Part shown: positions 16,453-24,000 of the stretch, piece after piece | Layout: each line of letters starts with the position of its first letter | How positions within the stretch are numbered: position 1 is the first letter of the stretch | Source: Candidatus Enterococcus murrayae | GTDB taxonomy: Bacteria > Bacillota > Bacilli > Lactobacillales > Enterococcaceae | Length of the DNA: 24,000 nucleotides | Assembly: GCF_017315985.1 (NCBI RefSeq) | Contig: NZ_JAFLVR010000012.1 | Coordinates: 95,972 to 119,971, forward strand | Direction: 5' to 3' | Notes under the pieces: generated by a model | Told to the model about the DNA's origin: nothing | Seen by the model: the letters and a program-made list of their open reading frames with translations, nothing else | Databases searched by the model: none | Translations under genes and position numbers: made by a program

Positions 16453-16923
16453 ATGCTTAACCAAGATTTTGTTTATTTTGACGAAGAATACAAATCAGCC
16501 CGGGATTTACTCTCACAAATTGCCAAGGATTTGTATAAAAAAGGCTACGTTAAAGAAACGTATGAACAGTCTATTATTTCTAGAGAAGAGAAGTACCCTA
16601 CAGGTTTGAAGTTAGCAGGCTTGAATATCGCAATCTGTCATACAGAACCTAAAGATGCTGTTAAAAATACCTTGTTTTTAGTAAAACCAGCTCAGCCCGT
16701 ATTTTTTAAGAATGCTGAGACATTAGAAATACTGCCGGTGGATTTGGTCATTGGTTTGGTATTCAGTGATGGGAAAATCCATTTAAAGAATCTTTCTTTT
16801 TTAGCTCAGTTATTTACCAATCAACAATTCATTCAGGAAATTAAGCAGGCGGCTTCAAAGAGAGAACTGATAACGACCTTTTCTCATTTTGCGCAGATAG
16901 GAGGAGAGCAATGGAGCGATTGA
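16453..16923 (+). CDS. PTS EIIA component (PTS_EIIA_2, ascorbate/galactitol/SgcA type)
   Basis: I prefer ATG 16453 (MLNQDFVYF...), 4 nt after the regulator stop, over the overlapping track start at 16393. EEKYPTGL and a NIAICHTE phospho-His context. 156 aa. Confidence 0.8.
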   Translation: MLNQDFVYFDEEYKSARDLLSQIAKDLYKKGYVKETYEQSIISREEKYPTGLKLAGLNIAICHTEPKDAVKNTLFLVKPAQPVFFKNAETLEILPVDLVIGLVFSDGKIHLKNLSFLAQLFTNQQFIQEIKQAASKRELITTFSHFAQIGGEQWSD

Positions 16924-18023
16924 AGCAGTTGATTATGGAATTATCCGATTTACCAGGAAATGTTGGTTACGAAGATCAAGTCATTCAGTATTTGCTAGAC
17001 AGTTTAGGCGAGGAAAAGCAGGTTTCTCTCGATATATTAGGAAACTTGACCGTTCACTTAACGCCAAAAAACATAGGAAAACAAAGAGTTATGCTTTTTG
17101 GACATATGGATGAGGTTGGCATGATGGTCAATCATATCGACAAAAATGGATTTATCTACTGTGAGAAACTGGGTTCATTGAATCCTACTTGCCTTGCAGG
17201 TTTAAAACTCGAGTTACATGGGGAGAAAGGATCAGTCAATGGGGTCGTGGGAGTAAAGTCTCATCATTTGGCAAAACAAAAAGAGGGAAAGATTCCAGAG
17301 AATGCTCGGGACTACTATTTGGATGTTGGGGCTTTAAGTAGGGACGAAGTATTAGATGCAGGGATTGACATAGGTTCTCCGGTCACTTTCAAGCCACAAT
17401 TCTTGCAATTATATGGAAACTGCATCGCAAACAAGGCGATGGATGACCGTGCGTTGTTAGGAATTTTACTCTATTTGACTGAGAATTTAGCCATTGAGAA
17501 ATTGGACGTAGACTTATATCTAGTATTTAGCGTTCAAGAGGAATTCAACACTCGCGGGATTATGCCGACTGTTAGAGAGATTCATCCAGATATTGTTATT
17601 GGTTTAGATGTTACTCCGGCAACTGACACACCGGATTTATCCGGATTATCTGAGATTAAGTTAGGAAAAGGTCCCGCATTAACTTTCATGAATCATCATA
17701 GCCGCGGCACATTAGCAGGCATTGTTCCGAATAAACGATTTTTGACCTATTTAGAAACTATGGGGGAAAGAGCTGGTATACCGATTCAGAGAGAAGTAGC
17801 CACAGGGATTTTGACTGAGACAGCTTATATCGCCATTGAAAATAATCAAACTGTTGTAGCGAATATTTCATTGCCTACTCGATATACACATTCGCCTGTT
17901 GAAGTTATCCATTTGGAAGATGCACTAGGAATTTATCAATTGTTGGCAGAATTTCTACTTTCTTTAGATGGCACTCAAAAGTTTGGAAAAAATAGTGATT
18001 TTGAAAGGAATGATAATAAATGA
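16911..18023 (+). CDS. M42-family metallopeptidase-like protein (SgcX/FrvX type)
   Basis: SD AGGAGGAG. It overlaps the EIIA gene by 13 nt. All M42 metal ligands are present in context: FGHMDEVG, AMDDRAL, SVQEEFNTRG, IGLDVTPA and RYTHSPVE. Confidence 0.85.
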   Translation: MERLKQLIMELSDLPGNVGYEDQVIQYLLDSLGEEKQVSLDILGNLTVHLTPKNIGKQRVMLFGHMDEVGMMVNHIDKNGFIYCEKLGSLNPTCLAGLKLELHGEKGSVNGVVGVKSHHLAKQKEGKIPENARDYYLDVGALSRDEVLDAGIDIGSPVTFKPQFLQLYGNCIANKAMDDRALLGILLYLTENLAIEKLDVDLYLVFSVQEEFNTRGIMPTVREIHPDIVIGLDVTPATDTPDLSGLSEIKLGKGPALTFMNHHSRGTLAGIVPNKRFLTYLETMGERAGIPIQREVATGILTETAYIAIENNQTVVANISLPTRYTHSPVEVIHLEDALGIYQLLAEFLLSLDGTQKFGKNSDFERNDNK

Positions 18024-18295
18024 AAAAAGTGATTGTAGCCTGTGGAACTGGTATGGCGACTTCTTCCATGATCGCGGAGAAAGTCAGACAGGTTCTAGAG
18101 GACAACGAGGTGGAGTACACGCTTTCTCAAGCACAATTAAGTGAGTTAGACATGTACAAAGAAGCAGATTTATTTGTAACGGCGATGCGGATCGAAGAAG
18201 ATTACGGAGTACCGATGGTTGTTGGCACGCCTTTCTTGGTAGGAATCGGGGAAGCTGAAGCAGCTGCGAAGATTATTGAAATTCTAAAAAATTGA
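18020..18295 (+). CDS. PTS EIIB component, galactitol family (GatB/SgcB type)
   Basis: ATGA start/stop overlap with the previous gene. MKKVIVACGTGMATSSM carries the phospho-Cys in the VACG context. 91 aa. Confidence 0.85.
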   Translation: MKKVIVACGTGMATSSMIAEKVRQVLEDNEVEYTLSQAQLSELDMYKEADLFVTAMRIEEDYGVPMVVGTPFLVGIGEAEAAAKIIEILKN

Positions 18296-18315
18296 TTTGA
18301 TAAGGAGGAAGATTG

Positions 18316-19632
18316 ATGGAAGCAATACTCGATTATATTTTATCACTAGGCTCGACAGTATTTGTTCCAATTGTTCTGTTCATTATTGGTCTAATATTTG
18401 GTTTAGGTTTTTTCAAGTCTATCAAATCAGGGATTACTGTAGGTGTTGGATTTATTGGTTTCAATTTAGCAGTTGGACTTATTTCCAGTTTTTTGTCGCC
18501 AGCTGTCAATTTAATTGTGGAGCGATTTGGATTTAATCTAACGGTTATTGACTTAGGATCTGGTGCAGGTGCTGGCGTTGCTTTTTCAACAGTAGTCGGT
18601 GCGTTAATTATCCCAGCGGTTTTCATTTTAAACGTAATCCTTTTGGCTATTGGTGCCACTAAAACGATGAACATTGATATTTTCAATTATTCTCATTACG
18701 CCTTTACTGGAGCAGTCGTCCATACTGTGACAGGAAATTTGGTTTTAGGGATGGGAGTAGCCTTAGTGCAAGCCACATGGTCATTATTATCTGCCGATTA
18801 CACAGCAAAAAGAGTCCAAAATGAGTTAGGAGTTGAAAGTATTTCAATTCCTCAGGGCTATGCAGCAAGCAGTGTTCCGTTATTCGTAATTCTAGATAAG
18901 ATTTACAGTAAAATTCCTTTTCTCCAAAACTCAACTTTGGATATTAAAGGCTTACAGAAAAAAGTCGGATTTATGGGAGATCCAGTGATAATCGGTGGAA
19001 TATTGGGTATCATTTTAAGTTTATTGTCTGGTTATGGCTTTAAAGATGGTGCGAACCTTGTAATGGGTGTCTGCGGAATTATGGTACTGTTTCCGAGAAT
19101 GATCAAAATTATCGTGGAAGGTCTGATGCCTCTATCGGAAGCCGCAAAGGGATTTTTTGCAAAGCATTTCTCTGGAAAAGAAGTATACATCGGACTCGAT
19201 TCCGCAGTTACCTTGGGACATCCTACTACTATGATTATTGGAACAATACTGATTCCTATTACGTTGATACTAGCAGCAATTTTACCAGGAAATCGTGTGT
19301 TGCCTTTAGCTGATTTAGCTTTTGCTGCGTTCTTTATCTGTATGGCGACTATTATCCATAAAGGAAATATCCTAAAAACCTTAATTAGTGGTGTCATTAA
19401 TATGACAGGTATTTTATACATTGCAACATGGATTTCACCTTATTTTACAAAACTAGCGGAAAAAGGCGGCGTGTCAGAATCCGGTGATAAGGTCAGTGCC
19501 TTATGGGCAGGGAATGTCTTTGATTTTGTTATCGCAAACATTGGATTTTTGGGTTATCTTGGCTTGGCCATTTTAATTATAGCAACTTGTTTTATAACGA
19601 TTTTTGTAAAAAGAAATGCTTTAAAAGATTAA
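18316..19632 (+). CDS. PTS EIIC permease, galactitol family (GatC/SgcC type)
   Basis: ATG 18316 lies 7 nt after AAGGAGG (the track used TTG 18313). The N-terminus MEAILDYILSLGSTVFVPIV resembles GatC, and the protein is a polytopic membrane protein of about 438 aa. Confidence 0.85.
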   Translation: MEAILDYILSLGSTVFVPIVLFIIGLIFGLGFFKSIKSGITVGVGFIGFNLAVGLISSFLSPAVNLIVERFGFNLTVIDLGSGAGAGVAFSTVVGALIIPAVFILNVILLAIGATKTMNIDIFNYSHYAFTGAVVHTVTGNLVLGMGVALVQATWSLLSADYTAKRVQNELGVESISIPQGYAASSVPLFVILDKIYSKIPFLQNSTLDIKGLQKKVGFMGDPVIIGGILGIILSLLSGYGFKDGANLVMGVCGIMVLFPRMIKIIVEGLMPLSEAAKGFFAKHFSGKEVYIGLDSAVTLGHPTTMIIGTILIPITLILAAILPGNRVLPLADLAFAAFFICMATIIHKGNILKTLISGVINMTGILYIATWISPYFTKLAEKGGVSESGDKVSALWAGNVFDFVIANIGFLGYLGLAILIIATCFITIFVKRNALKD

Positions 19633-19650
19633 ACATCAGGAGGGAACAAC

Positions 19651-20469
19651 ATGACTTGGTTAAAAGAAAAATTAGGTACAGAAAAGGCAATTATTGCAAT
19701 GTGTCATTTCGATGCGTTGCCGGGGGATCCTCATTTTAATGAGGAAGGTGGTATGGAAAGAGTGATTGAGCATGCCAAAGCTGATTTTTTAGCGCTTCAA
19801 GAAGGCGGCGTTGACGCAGTAATGTTTTCTAATGAGTTTTCTTTACCTTATTTAACAGATGTTCGGACAGAGACAGTAGCCGCAATGGCACGAATCATTG
19901 GAGAGCTGAAACCATTAATTAATATACCATTTGGAGTAAATGTTTTATGGGATGCTAAAAAATCGTTAGACTTAGCAAAAGCCGTGGATGCTGTTTTTGT
20001 AAGAGAGATTTTTACTGGGGTATATGGGTCAGATTTTGGCTTATGGAACACAAATGTCGGAGATACTGTTCGACATCAAAAACAAATTGGCGCTCAAAAC
20101 GTGAAACTTCTTTTTAATATCGTTCCGGAGGCTGCTACTTATCTTGGTGATCGTGACATTACAAGTGTTGCCAAATCAACTGTTTTCAATAATCGTCCAG
20201 ACGCACTTTGTGTCTCAGGTTTGACAGCTGGAACAGAGACAGACGCTAATACTCTAAAGGTTGTCAAAGATGTTGTTCCCAATACTGTTGTTTTCGCCAA
20301 CACTGGTGTCAGACTGAACAATGTTGAAGAACAATTAAAGATCGCTGATGGTGCTGTTGTTGGTACTACGTTTAAGAAAGATGGCGTCTTCGAAAATCAT
20401 GTTGATCAGGCACGTGTGAAGGAATTTATGGATAAGGTCAAAGCGTTTCGTGAGCAGTCCCATTCATGA
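19651..20469 (+). CDS. BtpA/SgcQ-family TIM-barrel protein of unknown function
   Basis: SD AGGAGGG. The AIIAMCHFDALPGDPHF and GGVDAVMFSNEF motifs and the 272-aa length match my recollection of the BtpA/SgcQ family. It sits immediately after EIIC, as sgcQ does in the E. coli sgc cluster. Confidence 0.7.
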   Translation: MTWLKEKLGTEKAIIAMCHFDALPGDPHFNEEGGMERVIEHAKADFLALQEGGVDAVMFSNEFSLPYLTDVRTETVAAMARIIGELKPLINIPFGVNVLWDAKKSLDLAKAVDAVFVREIFTGVYGSDFGLWNTNVGDTVRHQKQIGAQNVKLLFNIVPEAATYLGDRDITSVAKSTVFNNRPDALCVSGLTAGTETDANTLKVVKDVVPNTVVFANTGVRLNNVEEQLKIADGAVVGTTFKKDGVFENHVDQARVKEFMDKVKAFREQSHS

Positions 20470-21137
20470 GCAAACCAACTGTGATCCATCGTTATAAGTT
20501 TGTGATTGATTTTGATGGTACGATTTCAATTAATGATAGTACGACAATGCTGGCTGAAATGTATATTCCTGATCTACATCAGAAATATTTAAGGGAGATT
20601 CGAAATGGAAATATTTCTGTAAGGAAATATATAAAAGAACAATTAGAAGCAATTAGGATTACCAGAGAAGAGTACATTCGTACATTACGAAACGAGATGC
20701 AGATTGACTTGACCTTCAAAAATTTTCTGATAAAGAATTGGGATTTTATGATTGTAAGTGCGGGCACTCTACAAAATGTTTTTTACTCATTAGAAGCAAA
20801 AGGGATAGATATCTCACAAAAACAAATTATTTCAAATCATTTGACTTTCAATGGTGAAGAATTGAAAGTGGAGGCACCGCGCCAATATGATGATCAGGAA
20901 AATGGTATTAATAAGGCTGAAGTCATCAGGAACTATCAGCGACAAGGATATCAAGTTGTTTTTATAGGTGACAGTATTTCAGATTTTGAAGGTGCTAAAG
21001 TTTCGGATATTGTGTATGCCAAAAAGAGCCAGAAATTAGCGAAGTACCTCAAAGCACAAAATATTCCTTTTATTGAGTATCAAAATTTTGACGAAATTGT
21101 TCGTCATTTTCAACGATATTTAGTTGGTATGAAGTAA
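20466..21137 (+). CDS. HAD-superfamily phosphatase (subfamily IB, PSPase/MtnX-like)
   Basis: ATGA overlap with the previous gene. HAD motif I is VIDFDGTIS, motif II is MIVSAGT, and motif III is K...FIGDSISD. Confidence 0.75.
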   Translation: MSKPTVIHRYKFVIDFDGTISINDSTTMLAEMYIPDLHQKYLREIRNGNISVRKYIKEQLEAIRITREEYIRTLRNEMQIDLTFKNFLIKNWDFMIVSAGTLQNVFYSLEAKGIDISQKQIISNHLTFNGEELKVEAPRQYDDQENGINKAEVIRNYQRQGYQVVFIGDSISDFEGAKVSDIVYAKKSQKLAKYLKAQNIPFIEYQNFDEIVRHFQRYLVGMK

Positions 21138-21150
21138 ATGATAGTTCTAT

Positions 21151-21180
21151 AAAATCCAAGCAGCTTCTTTGGATTTTGTA
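21151..21180 (+). terminator. probable terminator of the PTS operon
   Basis: aaaatccaa(g) (21151-21160) pairs with (c)tttggatttt (21167-21177) with one bulge. The stem is AT-rich and its T-run tail is part of the arm. Confidence 0.5.
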
Positions 21181-21435
21181 GGACTATCTTTTTTGGGGGA
21201 ATCTGTATTGAAGACATGCTTTGTTTGACTATGGGATATAAATAGAAGATCGTCTTTAAATGATGAGAGTGCTTATGATTTCAGCCCACTAGTTCGCAGA
21301 TGTTTTTGAATAGCTTTTTGTTGAATCATTACACAAATATTTCTCTCCTAGAGTTTATTTCTTCTTTAATAATTATAGTAAATAAAAAATAGCTACATTC
21401 TATATTGAAAACCCCTGTCACTTCAATTAGAATTT

Positions 21436-21461
21436 AATTATCATACGCTATTATGATAATT
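21436..21461. promoter_or_regulatory. perfect 10-bp inverted repeat (candidate operator) directly upstream of sstT
   Basis: AATTATCATA (21436-21445), 6 nt, then TATGATAATT (21452-21461). It ends 4 nt before ATG 21466. Confidence 0.3.
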
Positions 21462-21465
21462 AAAA

Positions 21466-22722
21466 ATGGAAAAGAGGGTACTCGTTTTGCTAGAATTTTT
21501 TAAACAGCTTTCGCTAATCAAGCGGATCGTCATAGGGATTATCGTTGGGGGAATATTAGGTGTTTTTCTTCCTCAATGGAGCTTTATTGCGATCCTAGGC
21601 AGTTTGTTTGTTGGCGCGTTAAAAGGGATTGCGCCACTATTGGTATTTGTGTTGATCATGTCTTCGGTATCGAAACATCAAGCGGAAACGCAAACGTTCA
21701 TTAAGCCAATCATTTCTTTGTACTTATTTACCACTTTATTAGCAGCAACTGTTGCTGTATTGGCTAGTTATATTTTCCCGCTAACTATTTCGTTACAAGA
21801 GGTTTCGGGTTCTCAAGAAGCGCCCAAAGCTCTGATCGATGTATTGACGACTATTTTGAATAATATTGTTCAAAATCCGTTACAGGCAATGATTGATGGT
21901 AATTATTTAGGGGTTCTATTTTGGTCCGCTTTAATTGGTTTTGCACTACGTACACGGAAAAATTCGGTAAAAGAAGTCATTGACGAATTTTCTCAAGCAA
22001 TTACTGGGGTAGTCCAGTTAGTTATTGCGATGGCACCATTTGGTATCGCGGGTCTTGTTTTTGATTCGGTCGCATCAACTGGTTTGTCCGGTTTAGCGCA
22101 ATACGGCCGTCTTTTGCTTCTATTAGTAGGTACAATGTTGGTTGTAGATTTGATTATTTATCCTTTAGTCGCTTTTGTGATCATTAGACAAAATCCATAT
22201 CCGCTCGTTTGGTTCTGCTTAAAAGAAAGTGCGATTCCAGCATTTTTCACTCGAAGCTCTGCAGCCAATATCCCAATCAATATGATGTTGGCTAAACGCT
22301 TAGGTTTAACAAAAGAATCGTATTCTATTTCGTTACCACTAGGTGCAACCATCAATATGGGGGGAGCAGCGATTACTATCTCTATAATGACCTTAGCGAC
22401 TGTTCATACTTTAGGAATCGCTGTTCCTTTTAGTTTGACCTTAATGCTATGTGTATTGTCAGCCTTAGCTGCTTGTGGAGCTTCAGGAATTGCCGGCGGG
22501 TCGTTATTATTAATCCCATTAGCCTGCAGTCTCTTTGGAATTTCCAACGATATTGCTATGCAAGTTGTTGGTGTTGGCTTCATTATCGGGGTAGTTCAAG
22601 ATTCTGTTGAGACAGCAGTGAACTCATCCAACGATTTATTTTTCACGGCTATTGGTGAATTTTCAGATCTGCGCAAACGTGGAGAAAAAATTAATCTAAA
22701 GGAACGCTTGGCAGAGAAATAA
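21466..22722 (+). CDS. sstT: serine/threonine:sodium symporter SstT (DAACS family)
   Basis: About 410-aa polytopic protein with N-terminal SLIKRIVIGIIVGGILG, then AIPAFFTRSSAANIPINM and GATINMGGAAI (the DAACS reentrant-loop motifs). An alternative start is TTG 21487, 7 nt after GAGGG. ATG 21466 has no SD. Confidence 0.85.
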   Translation: MEKRVLVLLEFFKQLSLIKRIVIGIIVGGILGVFLPQWSFIAILGSLFVGALKGIAPLLVFVLIMSSVSKHQAETQTFIKPIISLYLFTTLLAATVAVLASYIFPLTISLQEVSGSQEAPKALIDVLTTILNNIVQNPLQAMIDGNYLGVLFWSALIGFALRTRKNSVKEVIDEFSQAITGVVQLVIAMAPFGIAGLVFDSVASTGLSGLAQYGRLLLLLVGTMLVVDLIIYPLVAFVIIRQNPYPLVWFCLKESAIPAFFTRSSAANIPINMMLAKRLGLTKESYSISLPLGATINMGGAAITISIMTLATVHTLGIAVPFSLTLMLCVLSALAACGASGIAGGSLLLIPLACSLFGISNDIAMQVVGVGFIIGVVQDSVETAVNSSNDLFFTAIGEFSDLRKRGEKINLKERLAEK

Positions 22723-22755
22723 AGAACGTTGATTCAGTTCTCAAGAAATGAATGA

Positions 22756-22792
22756 AATAGGAGTGTACAGAAGATGTACACTCCTATTTTTT
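22756..22792. terminator. bidirectional terminator between the convergent sstT and lysS-like genes
   Basis: aataggagtgtaca (22756-22769) pairs with tgtacactcctatt (22775-22788), followed by tttt. An A-run lies on the other side. Confidence 0.8.
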
Positions 22793-22807
22793 CTATAATA
22801 GAGAAAG

Positions 22808-24000
22808 TTATTCGCTTTTTTTATCTGGGCGCATAATTGGAAACAGCACAGAATCTCTTAGATTTTTGGTTCCAGTGATTACTTGAATTAATCGATCTAT
22901 GCCCATACCCCAACCAGAAATCGGGGGCATACCGTGACGCATAGCAGTAAGGTAATCAGTATCCATTACCATGGCTTCTTGATCTCCCTCTTTATTTAAT
23001 TTCGCCTGTTGCTCAAGTCTTCGTTCTTGTTCTGTAGGATCAACAAGTTCAGAGTAGCCGTTAATAATTTCAGCACCGTTAATAATTAATTGAAAACGGT
23101 CTGTAATTTGCGGATTTTCGTCATTTGCTCGAGCTAGTGGTGATAGCTCAATAGGATGCTCTGTTAAAAAGGTTGGTTGAATAATCCGTGGACGACTTAC
23201 TTTTTTATAGAGCAAATCAATTAGGTTTCCTTTTCCCATTGAGTCTAAGTCATCCGTGCTATTGAGCTCAATGTTGTTTCTTTTAATTTCTTTCAATAGG
23301 CTTTTTGCTGTATCGAACTGATTTATGTCTATTCCACAATCTTTGATAAGCAGCTCTCGAAAGGTCACAATCGGCCATTCGCCATCAAATTCTATAAGAC
23401 GTTCATTTATGGAAATCTGTGTTTTACCATAAACCTCTTTGATTACTGAAACGAGCATTTCTTGTAAAAATTTCATATTGTCTAAATAGTTATAATATGC
23501 GCAATAAGCCTCTAACATAGTAAAATCCTGCAAATGAGTAGCGTCCATACCCTCATTGCGAAAACAACGGGCAAATTCAAATACTTTGGTAAATCCGCCT
23601 ACAATGGCCCTTTTTAAATAAGTTTCAGGAGCTATACGCAAAAAAACATCAATATCTAAAGCATTATGGTGTGATACAAAAGGCTTAGCCAAAGCACCAG
23701 AAGGCTTATTGGTCAAAACAGGTGTCTCAATTTCAATATATTGCTCATTCTCTAAATAGCGTCTAATAGCTTGAATGATTTTCGTTCGCAACAAGAAACG
23801 CTCCTTGGCTTCTTTATTCATGATTAAATCAAGATATCGTTGACGATAAATAATCTCAGAATTCTGCAACCCATGAAATTTTTCCGGTAGTGGAAGGTAG
23901 CTCTTGCCTAAAAAAGTATACTCTTTTACTCTTAACGTTTTTTCTCCTGTTTTAGTTGTAAAAATGGCGCCCTCTAATCCGATAAAATCACCAGTATCAA
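22808..24000 (-). CDS. lysS: class II lysyl-tRNA synthetase-like protein, 5'-truncated by the window edge; motif 2 is divergent
   Basis: The minus-strand frame stays open from 23869 to nt 23998 (..DTGDFIGLEGAIFTTKTGEKTLRVKEYTFLGKSYLPLPEKFHGLQ..), which is the end of the OB-fold and the linker. The track start is therefore artefactual. YRQRYLDLIMN, HHNALD, FRNEG, and motif 3 GWGMGIDRL. Confidence 0.85.
   Translation of the reverse strand, partial: DTGDFIGLEGAIFTTKTGEKTLRVKEYTFLGKSYLPLPEKFHGLQNSEIIYRQRYLDLIMNKEAKERFLLRTKIIQAIRRYLENEQYIEIETPVLTNKPSGALAKPFVSHHNALDIDVFLRIAPETYLKRAIVGGFTKVFEFARCFRNEGMDATHLQDFTMLEAYCAYYNYLDNMKFLQEMLVSVIKEVYGKTQISINERLIEFDGEWPIVTFRELLIKDCGIDINQFDTAKSLLKEIKRNNIELNSTDDLDSMGKGNLIDLLYKKVSRPRIIQPTFLTEHPIELSPLARANDENPQITDRFQLIINGAEIINGYSELVDPTEQERRLEQQAKLNKEGDQEAMVMDTDYLTAMRHGMPPISGWGMGIDRLIQVITGTKNLRDSVLFPIMRPDKKSE

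Noticed and set aside
18297-19421. ORFs 18297..18536 (+), 18333..18686 (-) and 19032..19421 (-) inside the EIIC gene
   Set aside because: These are typical shadow ORFs of a membrane-protein gene. The EIIC frame matches GatC-type N-terminal and overall features.
21181-21345. Minus-strand mini-ORF MIQQKAIQKHLRTSGLKS, whose frame stays open after the stop, suggesting a gene remnant
   Set aside because: The SD spacing of about 15 nt is too long, there is an in-frame stop after 18 codons, and I recognise no family. I cannot distinguish it from chance in AT-rich DNA.
21181-21465. T-box or other riboswitch leader upstream of sstT
   Set aside because: I could find no T-box consensus (the conserved GGTGGTACCGCG-type box), no specifier/antiterminator architecture, and no terminator hairpin in the leader.
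1-24000. Mobile elements, CRISPR arrays, tRNA/rRNA genes, and defence or toxin-antitoxin modules
   Set aside because: I saw no transposase-, integrase- or Cas-like translations, no regularly spaced direct repeats, no long terminal inverted repeats, and no cloverleaf-like intergenic sequences. Every intergenic gap over 100 nt was read on both strands.

Overview
This window looks like a chromosomal segment from a low-GC Firmicute, probably Lactobacillales (Enterococcus/Carnobacterium-like). That assignment is inferred from gene content, Shine-Dalgarno (SD) usage and AT-rich codons, not from any search. I support about 21 protein genes and saw no rRNA, tRNA, CRISPR array, IS element or transposase. 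Gene order: (1) the 3' end of a repeat-containing hypothetical protein, a processive family-2 glycosyltransferase and a 28-codon membrane micro-ORF; (2) an Eis-like GNAT acetyltransferase; (3) an HSL-family esterase; (4) a PucR-type regulator followed by a four-gene operon of YfcC/ArcD-type permease, atypical carbamoyltransferase, oversized agmatine-deiminase-family enzyme and carbamate kinase; (5) a D-2-hydroxyacid dehydrogenase with ATA at its expected start; (6) an sgc-like galactitol-family PTS cluster comprising a divergent ribulose-phosphate-epimerase paralog, PRD regulator, EIIA, M42 peptidase-like protein, EIIB, EIIC, BtpA/SgcQ and a HAD phosphatase; (7) sstT; (8) a convergent, 5'-truncated, divergent class II lysyl-tRNA synthetase gene. 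The best candidate for an undescribed system is the operon at 7312-12341 with its regulator at 5337-7031. It has the logic of an ATP-yielding deiminase pathway but mixes parts of the arginine and agmatine pathways. Its carbamoyltransferase keeps the carbamoyl-phosphate motifs but has lost the ornithine-binding motifs, which suggests a different guanidino substrate. The sgc-like PTS cluster is a second system with no assigned substrate. All functional calls rest on motifs read from the translations and on remembered family knowledge. No database search was run.
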